Assembly: GCF_964204645.1 (NCBI RefSeq) | Contig: NC_134029.1 | Span: 21,570,950-21,634,949 of the forward strand | Length of the DNA: 64,000 nucleotides | Direction of reading: 5' to 3' | Source: Tubulanus polymorphus | Lineage: Eukaryota; Animalia; Nemertea | Part shown: piece by piece, positions 12,101 through 24,100 of the stretch | How the letters are laid out: each line of letters opens with the position of its first letter | Position numbering within the stretch: the stretch's first letter is position 1 | The notes under the pieces: generated by a model | Told to the model about the DNA's origin: nothing | Database searches by the model: none | The model's input: the letters and a program-made list of their open reading frames with translations, nothing else | Made by a program: the position numbers and the translations under genes

Positions 12101-15100
12101 TTCTGCATAAACCAGATTAAGCCGGGCTCCAATGGCCAACCAGTCACACTGGTCACAAATGGACATGGGCCAAATTTGGCCAGATGACCTAACTCATCGG
12201 AACACTCCAGGGCCACATGTCAAATTATTCCATGTGAATTCTAACTGGTTCTGTAAGCGATTTGCCTCAGTTAGTCACAGCATTGTTTTCAGTAACAATG
12301 TGAAGATCAGTTTCAACCAGGCCATATCGCCTCATGTGAATGCAGCTATTGTAAATGTAAGTGATACAGGTACCAGTCGACACACTTACCTTCATCACCG
12401 AGAAGAGTGAAGACTGTGTCACTACCGGTCAACGACCAATCACCATCCACGAAAAATCGATGTCCTTGCGGATGGCATAACCACTGCATCGACGACGGTA
12501 TAGTGCCGCCACCTAGCGTACAAATATGTCGTCCTTTACTCAAATAGTATCTCTGCCAAAGAAAAATAAATATACTCATATAAATTTTCAGAGAGGCTAA
12601 GCGCGTCAATTGGTGCAGATCGCTTTCTGATAAAGCTCTGTCCGTATTAAAGTGATTTCCCCGAAGACTGCCGCGAGTCTTCGGATTGTTGCGCGTCTAA
12701 CAAGTCGTGGATGAATATCTCCCCGAAAGTGTCGAGCATCCACAACACCAGCGAAAACATCAACAAACATATCACCGGGATAATATAGACTAATTCCGCC
12801 ATGTTGATCCGAACTGCTTACTTCACGAGTATCCCCCCTGAGCGCGCGATGTTTCAATTCAACAACAAGAAATCGCTACAGTTCGAAAAGATATACAACT
12901 AGTGAGTAAGAGAGTATCCCTAGTGAGAGAGAGTATCCCTAGTGCATAGGCTGTAAAGAGATATTTATACCGCAACTGTTTAACATCTCACAGCGCGGAG
13001 AACTATAAACCCCAGGGTCGTTGTTCCTCATTCCTATATAAACAAGCCCTACATTTACTGCACGTTATGTTATGTAAAGAAAAAACTCTTATCGTTTATT
13101 CGACAAGATTCTATATTCTCAAGGTCGTGGCGCAGATTTTGATGATTGGAAAGCTTCGGATATTATTCTTTTTTCTACCGTATGATTCGTACCTAAAAAA
13201 GATTACGGTAACCCTCGAAGAAACAAGTAATTATACCCAGGATGAGAGAGAGAGAGCATGCAGGAGGGCTGGAAGTAGTTTTAGCTGGGGATAATAAACA
13301 GTGATACTCGGGTGATTTATTCCTAACGAGGAGGATGAGTGTTAGAGAATGTAGGTATACAGTTTGTGCTAGTAGATATTGCTAGAAGATTAGACACACC
13401 GTAGTAAGGGCAACTAAATATCATTATCTAGAGGGGTCAGTTATTTATTACATAAGCAATAAAAGCCAGATTATCATTATCATCATCAGTTGTGAACGAT
13501 CTGTTGTTTTCTGTTATTTTATTATGTTCTCTTAATTCATCTACTTTTGGTATATCTAATTGTTAATATGTACATAACTTGGCCTACTGTCACAATTATC
13601 TTTTTGGTGTTGCTACAAATGTGCATCGTACCTACGCATTCTATCTAGTAAAATAGTCATATAATTGTTTTTAAAATCTGTATAGACTCTAATTCCATCC
13701 CCTTTTTTCCCTGATTTTTTGATGTGATTACACAAAATTTTCCCGAGAAAATCAGAGGTTTGTAGAATGTTACAATTCATTCATTTTTTAAATCTTTCGG
13801 ATTCCCTGAGTTTTCCTGGTCAGTGGCCAACCTGTTAACTGATTATTTTTTCTGATTCCCTGATACTCGTTTGATTATTGGCACAGAAAATTATGAAGCG
13901 AATGAGATAAAAGTATATACGTATTCATACCGAAATGATTTGAGAGGCAAATGATAGTTTAAATCTAATCGCTGCAGTAGTGTAGATCTCGGCCATCGTC
14001 TCGCGGGGTAGAGCAGAACCGGCCGCTTCGCCGAGGTTTATAGCGCTCAAACACAGACTGAGACCGCTCAATGCACCGTCGCTGATATGCCCTGAAAGTA
14101 CAAATCGAAGTCAAAGCTGATTCCTGATTTTCTACCCTTTGACCAGGTACGAATAAAACATAAACCCTTTCAGTGCGATTAAACCTATCTGCGGTGTATA
14201 GATATTATCAGTAATTGGTTTTTAGTCTAGTTGAAAGATGGCAGTACCTGTCAAACATAGCGAAATATAAGTAACTAACGAATCACTGCACTATAGGGGT
14301 ACAACACGTTATTCAACGCACCGAGGTGGAATTTTTATAAAAATCATCCCCAGCACTTTCGGGTATTGATCAGTTAGCACTGAAACCGTTGAACGTTACT
14401 TAGATTTACATAGTGTAATGTAACGGTGATATGAACGTTTTTCTTTGAACTTCTCTACAGCCCTAGATCGAGCAGTTTTACGCAGAGAAAGAATCAGCCC
14501 TAGATCGAGCCGTTTTACGCAGAAATGACGGAGAAAGAATCAATGTCATCGCGTCTCATTTTCCGACGCCTGTCTTTTACGCACACAACAATACCCTGGA
14601 TATACTCAGACAATAAACAGTACGAAATTCACCCGAAGCTACAGAAATTCGAAACGTAAGATTCATATGAAATTTTAATAAACCGAGACACTTCGTCGCG
14701 AGTCTTAGAAAGTAGAGAAAGTACTTTTTCTTTTTTCGCGTATGGCTAGAAAGCAGATTTATGAACTCGATGTCATCAATTATGCATGCAGACAGATTAC
14801 GGATGAACTCATTTAAAAGTGAAATCAGTTTAATTACTGAAGAGTGAAATTACGTGCGCACAGGAAGATGATCGCTATGGAAAATTCAAAGCTTTTTAAT
14901 GAAAAAATCAATCAATTTAAATAAGTCACGAACGCACCCGATAAAATCATAATATCAGAAGAGCTTTCAGGCAATAATCGATTATACCGAAAATCCAGGG
15001 ATCACAGAAAACCCTTGAATTCGTGTTCTAGCTGGCATTCAGCCAGCATTTATTGCCTCTAATGTATTTCTTCTTAATGATTATATCTAATTTTTTTCTC

Positions 15101-18100
15101 GAAAAATCTGTAGCTCATCACGAGCATCAAATACAAAGTTTTCATAATTAATGAGCTCTCTAGGTATAGATGCTTTGACATATTTCGCAATAATCTATAA
15201 AGCAATATCGATAGTCTAGTTAATTATAGCCGTTTCATGGAAAGTCCAACAACCAAAAGACATCCTTCGCAGTAAAGTTTAGCTAGTTATTCGTAGGCTT
15301 ACCTGTCAACTGCAGCTGGTTCAGTTTATGATAAACAATAGCCGCATCTCTAGCAGACGCCTTCACATCATCGAGGTCATCGCCATGGAAATAACCGCAT
15401 TTGCCAGTCATCCACCTTCCGATGTATAAGCGATGCAAAATCTGGCGTAAAACCTGCCAGAAACAGCTAGCTACCTGGTCGACTTTGGACGTAGGCAATG
15501 GTCGGCCTAACGACGTCAGACAATCTTGTAAATGTTTACTAGCTGATTGGTAATCGCCCTAGAATATAATAATAATAATCTACAGAACTTCATGAATATT
15601 TAGGGGTAAAACGTTGTTTACCTCGGAAAGTATAATAACTACATCAGTCTCTAGTATGAACCACATAGATTTTTAAAATCAGCCAATTATTTCCATCGTT
15701 CATGCTAATTGACTATTTCCGATTAAATCATCTTAAAACTTGACCCGGTTTAGCTTTCAATGAAATCCCACTTATTTTCAATGAACTCGAACAATTAGAA
15801 TTCATTGTAATTCATCGGGCCCTAGTCATTACGATATAATATTCAGCATACGTTACCTTGGCCAAATCGATATCGGCTTGTTTACGATACATCCAGAACC
15901 ATCTGCCCGATTTCGACTGAGGTTTGATCACCGGTTCACCGAATATCAGGATTCGCGCTAGAACAGCGATAACAATCGAACCGTTGACCAACCATAGCAA
16001 CATCGTCGGAATCAGCCAGTCCATCCATCCACTGGAGACACCTACACACAGAACAATCAGTCACTTGCAGACAATGACATCAAATATCTTCAAATAGTTG
16101 AGTTATTAGTCTTTCTCTTAAAATGGTCAAGGACTCGCAAAAAAGTTGTTTCGCACAAAAAAGTTAAACCTAAATTTGACCCTGCTTGACCCTTTCAGTA
16201 CAAATCGATGATTTGATAATACATCACACCACGGTGTATCATGCAATATTATATTAGTAGCTTAGGATACACTGCATCACAAGCTTCAGCGTTACGCCTT
16301 CTGTACTGGGGCGGGTTTCAAATTATCTCCGGCAGTTTAGGGCAAGAATTGGTCAGCCCTGAAAGGGTTAACATTTTTTTTCTACAAGGCCAACAATTTC
16401 AACGAAAGCATTTCACGCTTAAACTTTTATCACGAAACTCTTTTATTTTCGATTCAACTTCGTAGAGAAATATTTTCTCACCAATGTCGTCTTCGTAGCT
16501 GTTCAACGTACGACTTCCGGCGTGCATTTTCATGTAGTCCTGTCCGCCGAGATTTCCGACTGAGCCGAACAGCGAACCGAACGGATTGAACGCCAGAACG
16601 GCCATCATGAACACGCACAACACCATACGAGACCTGTCTAACATTCCCGTTAACGGTCTCATATCGGAATCTACAATATCGAAATTATTCGGCGTTAATT
16701 CAACGTTGCAGTAATAATGATAAATCTTCAGATTCTCGATTCATGTATATTTATAGGCGATTCGAACGTGTGTGTGATCGTACTGCCGAGCTGATCAGTA
16801 ACGCCGGTGGATGCTACGCAAATGACTAGTAAACCTGACAACGCATAAAGTATGATTACACCAGAGGTAGAGGTAGTTCGGTTATACGGCTTACTGGATT
16901 TTTAGTAAATTTCTTATAGAATATATGCGATTTAATTACTATCGGAAATCATAAACACTCAGGGGAATTAGGTAACGAAAAAAAATTGCTGTAAGAGCAT
17001 TTTAAAAGATGAAAGTCAGGGTCCAATTTTACAAAAAGGTTTTATCTCATTGTTAATTCAGTTTATCTTAAATCGATTTAGGAGTTTATCTTTTTATGTG
17101 AAAATGGGTTCACCGGCCAGTTGTATAATCATGGCTTTAACTTAAGACCAGTCTAGGATCTTCTCAGTCCAATACTAGCCAATCTAACAACTTAAGACCC
17201 GTCGAATTATTCAAGAGACCATTTTTGAAATCAAGGCTCGACTTGAGAAACGGCTTCGACAGTTTTTATACAAACCTAGCATTTCGACGTCGCTGGTTGG
17301 ACTCGGCGGTAAAGACGAACCGCTTCCCGACGAAGGCGAAGGTGTCATTCCACCATAGAACTCGGGTGTCGGCAACGCTTCACCCTCTGAAACGAGACGC
17401 GGATAATTCGATGATTATCAACGGCAAAGAAAGACTAACAGTAGAAAATCAATTAGGAATAAACGGTAAGCAGTTCAAGTGCATGAGTCATTAGAAAGAG
17501 AATGGGAGAGAACAATGGGCGAACACTTTATCGGCGCAAGTCGGGTTCATGGACAGTACGAATAATGATTTTTGTCAGCGTCAAGATGTTCGGCGTTCGA
17601 GGAAACGCGAGCGCAATTATCGATTCAGATGCGGACCACGAAAAAGGAGTAAGGTCAGCTAACGAGCAGTATTCGACCGGAGTACCGAATCGTCAACCGT
17701 GACCTCGCGTGTGGGCGCTGGTTCAAGTATACACGCTCACGAAACCTAACACGCGCAAACGAATTAGCAAGGAAGGGAGGTGACAGAATATAAATAACGT
17801 GAGATCGCGAAAAAGAAGGCTTCATTATCAGTCAATTAAATCAAAGAGAATAATGGTAACATTATCACTCCACACCGCCCACATCAGATTCATAATTACT
17901 CCCCACGAACAATACGCATATAGGAATCAGATACACCATCTTCTTCTCTCTCGCAAAGCATTCTATTTGTTAACGCAATTATTTCTAACTGTATAAATGA
18001 TAAAGGCTGCCAATATAAAAGCCGCATGTCGATCAATACTCAGCTGTTGTATTAACAGCCAACGCGCTGGTATAAACCCACATTATGGGGATATATTCAC

Positions 18101-21100
18101 TGAATAGACCTTGGGAGGCAAAATGAGGATAACCCTAATTGCATCAATTAACTTATATGTACCATGTATGACGAGCAACAGCAAACATGATACACAGCTT
18201 GTCTAATTGCCTATTTTCTCAAAATGGATGGAGCTGTAAAGAAGTTTTGGGAATTTTGCTCAAAGTTAAGGAGTTTCAAGCACCTTAAGGAGTTACTAAG
18301 GAATCGAGGAGTCGCAACCAGCCCGCAGTTCGTTCATCTATGAACCTAATTACGTTTTCTCTTCTTAAACCTTCAATTTTTTCCTCGATAATCAAATATT
18401 CAATTCGCTGTACGATTGTCGACGTAATGTCGCGGTTCAGGCGACGATACCTACCTCCCAATTTCTTGCGCAACAACTCGTTCTCCTGTCGCAACTGGTC
18501 ATTCTGCGTTTGCAGGAAATGTATGTAATCTATTGTCTTTCTGAGAACGGCCGATTTGTTCAACTGCAATACAGAAAAAATACACATAAATCAATGACAA
18601 GAGACACGTATCGATAACAGCTGCTGCGAATTCAAGAGTCAAGCGCACTTCAATCATTCGGCGAATCGCGTCATTCTTATTTTTATCAATCTCGATAAAA
18701 GACAATGTAATTATCGTGTTTGCCGTTTTAATTCTGCTTTCATCAGCAGTTTATCTGTAAACGATACGACACGCAGCAGCCAGCGACAACGTACAACGTT
18801 ATGGATCGGCTCTCATCAATATTATCGACAGCGCGAATGCAACGAGATATGGAAATAGAGAGAAATAGAGAGAGAGAGACTCTCTTCATAATTCTAGGAA
18901 GAACATTATCCGCCGTGCCTGGGAAATTCTTACACATAATAAAATAAGCAGAAATACCAGGGTTGTAGGTGCAACCTGCTCGTTATATGAACCAATTAAT
19001 CGAGTGCTGCGGCGTTTTTTGTATCTAGAGTTTCTGAACTTCCTCTTCTCTTAATAATGCATAGCATCTAAATTATCGCACATCATTTCGTTCGCTTTGC
19101 TAATTCCCGCTCAACGGTGAATTTGACAGATTTATCAATAACGCCACCGCCGCCGCGTACCAGGGTCCCGTAAAATATTCAAACGCGCGAAAGCCGCGTT
19201 CTCGGCGTTCAAGTATTTCATTTGATTAGCGCCATTGAAATTGATGTTACGAATGGAGAAAATATCGACCTTGAAATCAAACACACGACATTGCTTCATC
19301 CGTCCATACGTCACAATAAATCCAGGGATAAATGTCGTTGTGCTTTATTACCGCATTCGAGGGGTTTATGTCCTCACCTCTGAACACTTCGACCAGCCGG
19401 TGCCACGGTGTCAACATGGCCATTACAGCGGGCAGCTCTCCATCTCAAGGCAAACAGTATATCACCCGCAGTGAGAAGTGAAGCTCCGAGAGCTTTTTTC
19501 TCGTGTCAAACATTGCCTCGAAATTATTGACGGAATGAAAGGGAGGCAAAGTGCACGAGAACTTTGCGATATCGTTAAAGGTCAACTGACAGTCAGTATG
19601 ATTCACCTCGCTAAACCCACAGTGCATACGTCAAAAATATGCTCTTTCTTTCGAAGATATCTTTGTATTCAAAAGTGCCCATTTCTAAATATATGTCCAG
19701 GGTTCGTATTATTTGCAGCCTATGATTTTTCATATGTTTTCCAGGGCCAAATATCCAAATTTCCATAGCTATTAAATGACGTATAAGCTTATGCACGCAA
19801 AAAACAAATATTAGGCCTACACTAAAACATCATGCGAACCTAATTTCTAGGATTAGGATCATTCTAGGATTCCATAGGTTCAAACATAAAAATAACAGCC
19901 TTGAAAAAATTGCTAATTTCCATAACTTTGCCAGGATTTTCCGGACTGTTCGAACCCTGCATGTGTTGAACAGGTGAATCCAGCATAGTGATTCTCAAAT
20001 CATGACCATTGTTTCAATTCATAAAGCTTTAATTTGAAAAGCCGACTTGTCTAATGCATGGTTATGGATTGAGAATAGTCACTGATCTAAAAAAAAACAT
20101 CCAACCAAATCAACGGTATTGGAACTGAAAAAATGTCTTAGTACTACGGCTTGTTTGTCATGGGAGGTTGCAAATCCAGGCTTCCAGGGCACCCGCAAAC
20201 CATCAGCATCCAGGGCCCTACCTAAACACACAGTTATCTGGTACAGTATAATAATGTGGTGGCTTTTTATATAGGTCGGCTTTTTAATTATACCCGCTAC
20301 AACTAGAACTGAATACAGCAATCTAAACAAATGACTGTTATTTGAATACCGCATGAAATTGTTTTAATAATGCACTACATCGATGCAGGAAGCGATATCG
20401 AATTCAGCTGTGTAAAACATTATCCACGTAGGGATTCATTTTCATTAACGCCGGAGTACAACGCACCAATTATAACATGAAATCAGATTGGTTTACAAAA
20501 CCAGAAATCACAATCATCGAGCAACGCGAAATACAGCCTCAACACAACGAATACACTGCCTGCCGTGGCGGCCGCTGCTGCTGCTGCTGCTGCATACCAC
20601 CCGTGCCTGGGAGAAATTATAAACCATCATTAACTGACTGCCCTGCAACCTAGAACCAGTTCCAATTCATATAAAACATCAATTACGAGGAGAAAGATAA
20701 CCAACTGATAAACCAGAACGCGCTCCTCTCCTCGTATTAACAGTGAATGCCTATATATCTCATACATTCATGACATATCTCTATTGAGCTTCTGAGCTGA
20801 AGCGAGGGGAAGACAAGAGCAGCATTCATACACGGCACCATTGATTCAGGCAGCGGCTGACCTAAATATTCTACCAGGGACGTCTTAATACTACAGATAC
20901 ATAATACCCCGCGCGCTAAAACGACACACACACACACAACCCTGAAAATAAAGCCGCGTTTTATTATAACGACGACGAAAAAAATAAAAAGTTCACTGAC
21001 CTTCGCGACTTCTCCGATGACGATATTCTTCAATTCGATGATCTTATCGTTGATGCTCAATCGATATCGTTTTTCGATCGCGTTGTGCGCCGAACGTTTC

Positions 21101-24100
21101 TCGCCTTTAAACACCGGTCTCTGCTGCTGTTGCTGCTGTTGAACGGCGTTGAATTGCGCCTGAGCGGCAGACGGCGTAATCCTCGTAATCGGCACTTTCT
21201 CCAGCCCGGCGCCCATCGCGGTCGTCGACGTAACCGTCGGAGAGCCGCGTTTCGGAGTCGGAGCGACATGTTTGGCGACGTGTATTTTAGGTGTCGTCGG
21301 AGCCGGTTTCGCGGTGATTGTTTTTTCGACTACTCGCACCGGTATCGGCGGCGACGACGTCGTAGTACTGATTATCGCCTGTGTATTTCCTAACTGCACT
21401 GTCTGTATCGGCGAGGCGGTGGTTACCGGACTCGAGCCGATCGTGACGACCTGCGCAGTCGTAGCTGGTGCCGCCGATGCTGCTGCTGAACCGGCTTTGT
21501 TCGCAGCTGCTAGTTGACTCTGCAGTAATAGCTGCAATCATATAAACAAACCACGTACAAGGGGTTAATAAACACCGGCCAATCACCGGTCGGGATTATA
21601 TGGTCTGACTTTCTTCGAGTAATCCGATTGGCTGATCGCGACGAGGAATCAAATATATTTACGAGGGACTTGATGAGCGCGTAAACTAAATCACCCCGAT
21701 CTAGTAAAACTTTCTCACACTGGTTCCTCGATCCAGGACACCCTAAATCAAACGCGCTACATGCAACTCCATCAAATCATTATTCGAACAATTCATCCAT
21801 TCAAGGTTGCGCATTTCAAAGCGCTTAGCTCGTTATTGGTTCTTGTGCATTGAGGAAATAAATTCTTCGAAACCGTGAACAATAGGAAACCGAAATGCAC
21901 TAAAATCAGAAACCTTACTGCGCGTGAAAAAAACAAAAAATGTTGTAAAATCATAAATCGTAATCCTAATTTAGCATGAAAAAAAAAGAAGAAAACTTTC
22001 TAGAAAAATGGAAACGGAATTTCTATGTACAAAATCGGAAATAAATTGCTACGAATCACTATTCATTAAAATTGATCCGGCAAAACAGATATTTATACAG
22101 CCCCTATTCACATAGATTTTGGACGGTAATCAGAAATTTGATAGCGTCTATTAAACAAAGACAGATGGAAAAACATCCGTCGTAATCGTGCAAAAATTCC
22201 GCGCAAGGTCAGCAGCACTTTTTAGCTACAATAAGCCTGCACTTTTAACAGTCAAGACGTTTAGTCACATTGTCCACACAACGACAATGAAATAGAATTT
22301 CAATTACGATCATTTTTTCAAAAGTATTTTTTGGTGTCGAATAACTAAATCAAAATCTAGACCTGTTCGAAAATTGAAGTTCATAAAAACATTCAGAGTT
22401 TTTTAGTTTTTGTGGGCAATTTTTAGGAGCAATCCAAGACTCAACCGACATAAGGCTATATTGATTCAAACCTCACGATTGAATAAACCGGAAGGCGACC
22501 ACAATTTTTTTATGGGATACATTATATAGAATACATGAACTCCTCACAATCAGCCGTGTCTGGCCGGCCTATCTACTATGTATTTAGTCTGACAAACTGT
22601 TGTGAACTCGGTTTCACCCTTGACAAAGTGTACATTCAAAACAACTTCATACACAGGCAGACTCTCCAGGGTCCTAATCCTTATCCAGGGCACTTTTAAT
22701 ATTTTTGAATCCTCGCTGATCCTCAACAAAAATTGTACATATTATGCTAAGAGCAGCCAAACATACCGACATCTTAGACCTATCAACATTTTATGTCTTT
22801 TCATCACTATTTAAAGTCTATAGTATGGAGCGATATTTTTTTTAGGTATGATAATTCAACATGAACTATGAACATGAACAAGAAGCAAAGAATGATCAAA
22901 AGAATAAGAGCCTGTAGCCAGGCCGATGTATACTTCTTCAGAGATGGAACAAATTGCTATCAACATTCATAAACCAGATAGTTCTGTGGTGTTTAATCTA
23001 TACAGCTTATAGCTTATAACAGAGGATATTAGCACAATATCAACTGATAAGATGAAGGCAAGATTTTTCGATTTATACCGGTAGTTATCTACGGCTTACC
23101 CGGCGTGTCGGGAAGAATCCGAAATACACCCTACATTGACTCATAACAAGCAAACTTACTCGAAAGTTTATTGACGCCTTGAAAAATAACGCATATTATT
23201 GCTTGATATTGGCTACAATAAATCAATATTAAAGATCAATTAAGTCATTTTTGCATTGAGTATCAATACATAAATTGAATTACCCGACAACCAGTCTAGC
23301 CCAGATAAATTGATGATGTGCACATCTCAAAAAATCATTATTGAAATTTATCAAAAATAAAACAGAGTTATGAAATATATTTAATTACAAAATAAACGCC
23401 AAAAATTAACATGTAATTGTAATTTTAAAAGGCCAACATTGATACATGCATCTACACATTATTGTAACACTTTTATGCATCAAAAAATTCATAAGAAAAG
23501 TCATAAATGCTTCATGGCCTCAGGCCACAGGTCTGAGGCTGTCACGCGCAAATTCAATTCAATCTGGCAGGATATGGTTACTTGAGAAATTGTGAAAGAA
23601 TAGCGCTTGTAGACTCAATAGTTTTATAATAGCAAAACAAATCAAAAGCTGGTTCGCTTTGCTTATAGCTTAGTTTGCTCAGTGCCAACCAGATGTCAGC
23701 ACAAACTAGTCTAGGCAATGCAAGTGAATACCGCGAGTAGATATCTTGATAGGAAAATGGAAGGCCCAATAGATCTTTTGCTTAGAATGAATGAATGCAA
23801 AAGAATCAATAATGATAACCTAAGCGCTTTGAAATGTGCAACATTGAATGGTGAATTGTTCGAATAATGATGAGTTGTATGTAGTGCGTTTGATTTAGGG
23901 TGTCCAGGATCGGGCAACCAGTGTGAGAAAGTTTTACTACTTTAGTTTATCAATCCTTAATATTAATTTGTCAATGCCAATATAAAGCAATAATGATAGA
24001 CTAGCAGTACGCAGTGCCAGCTTATATTCTCTCTAATATCGCTCAAGTGCCTAAAAATTGTATCAAAATGCGCCTGAGAATTTTCAGAGCTGATTTTTTG

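Noticed and set aside
18680-18754. Degenerate duplicate of the bHLH helix-2 exon
   Set aside because: Only superficial similarity (IN.., YIVF), with wrong spacing and several stops.
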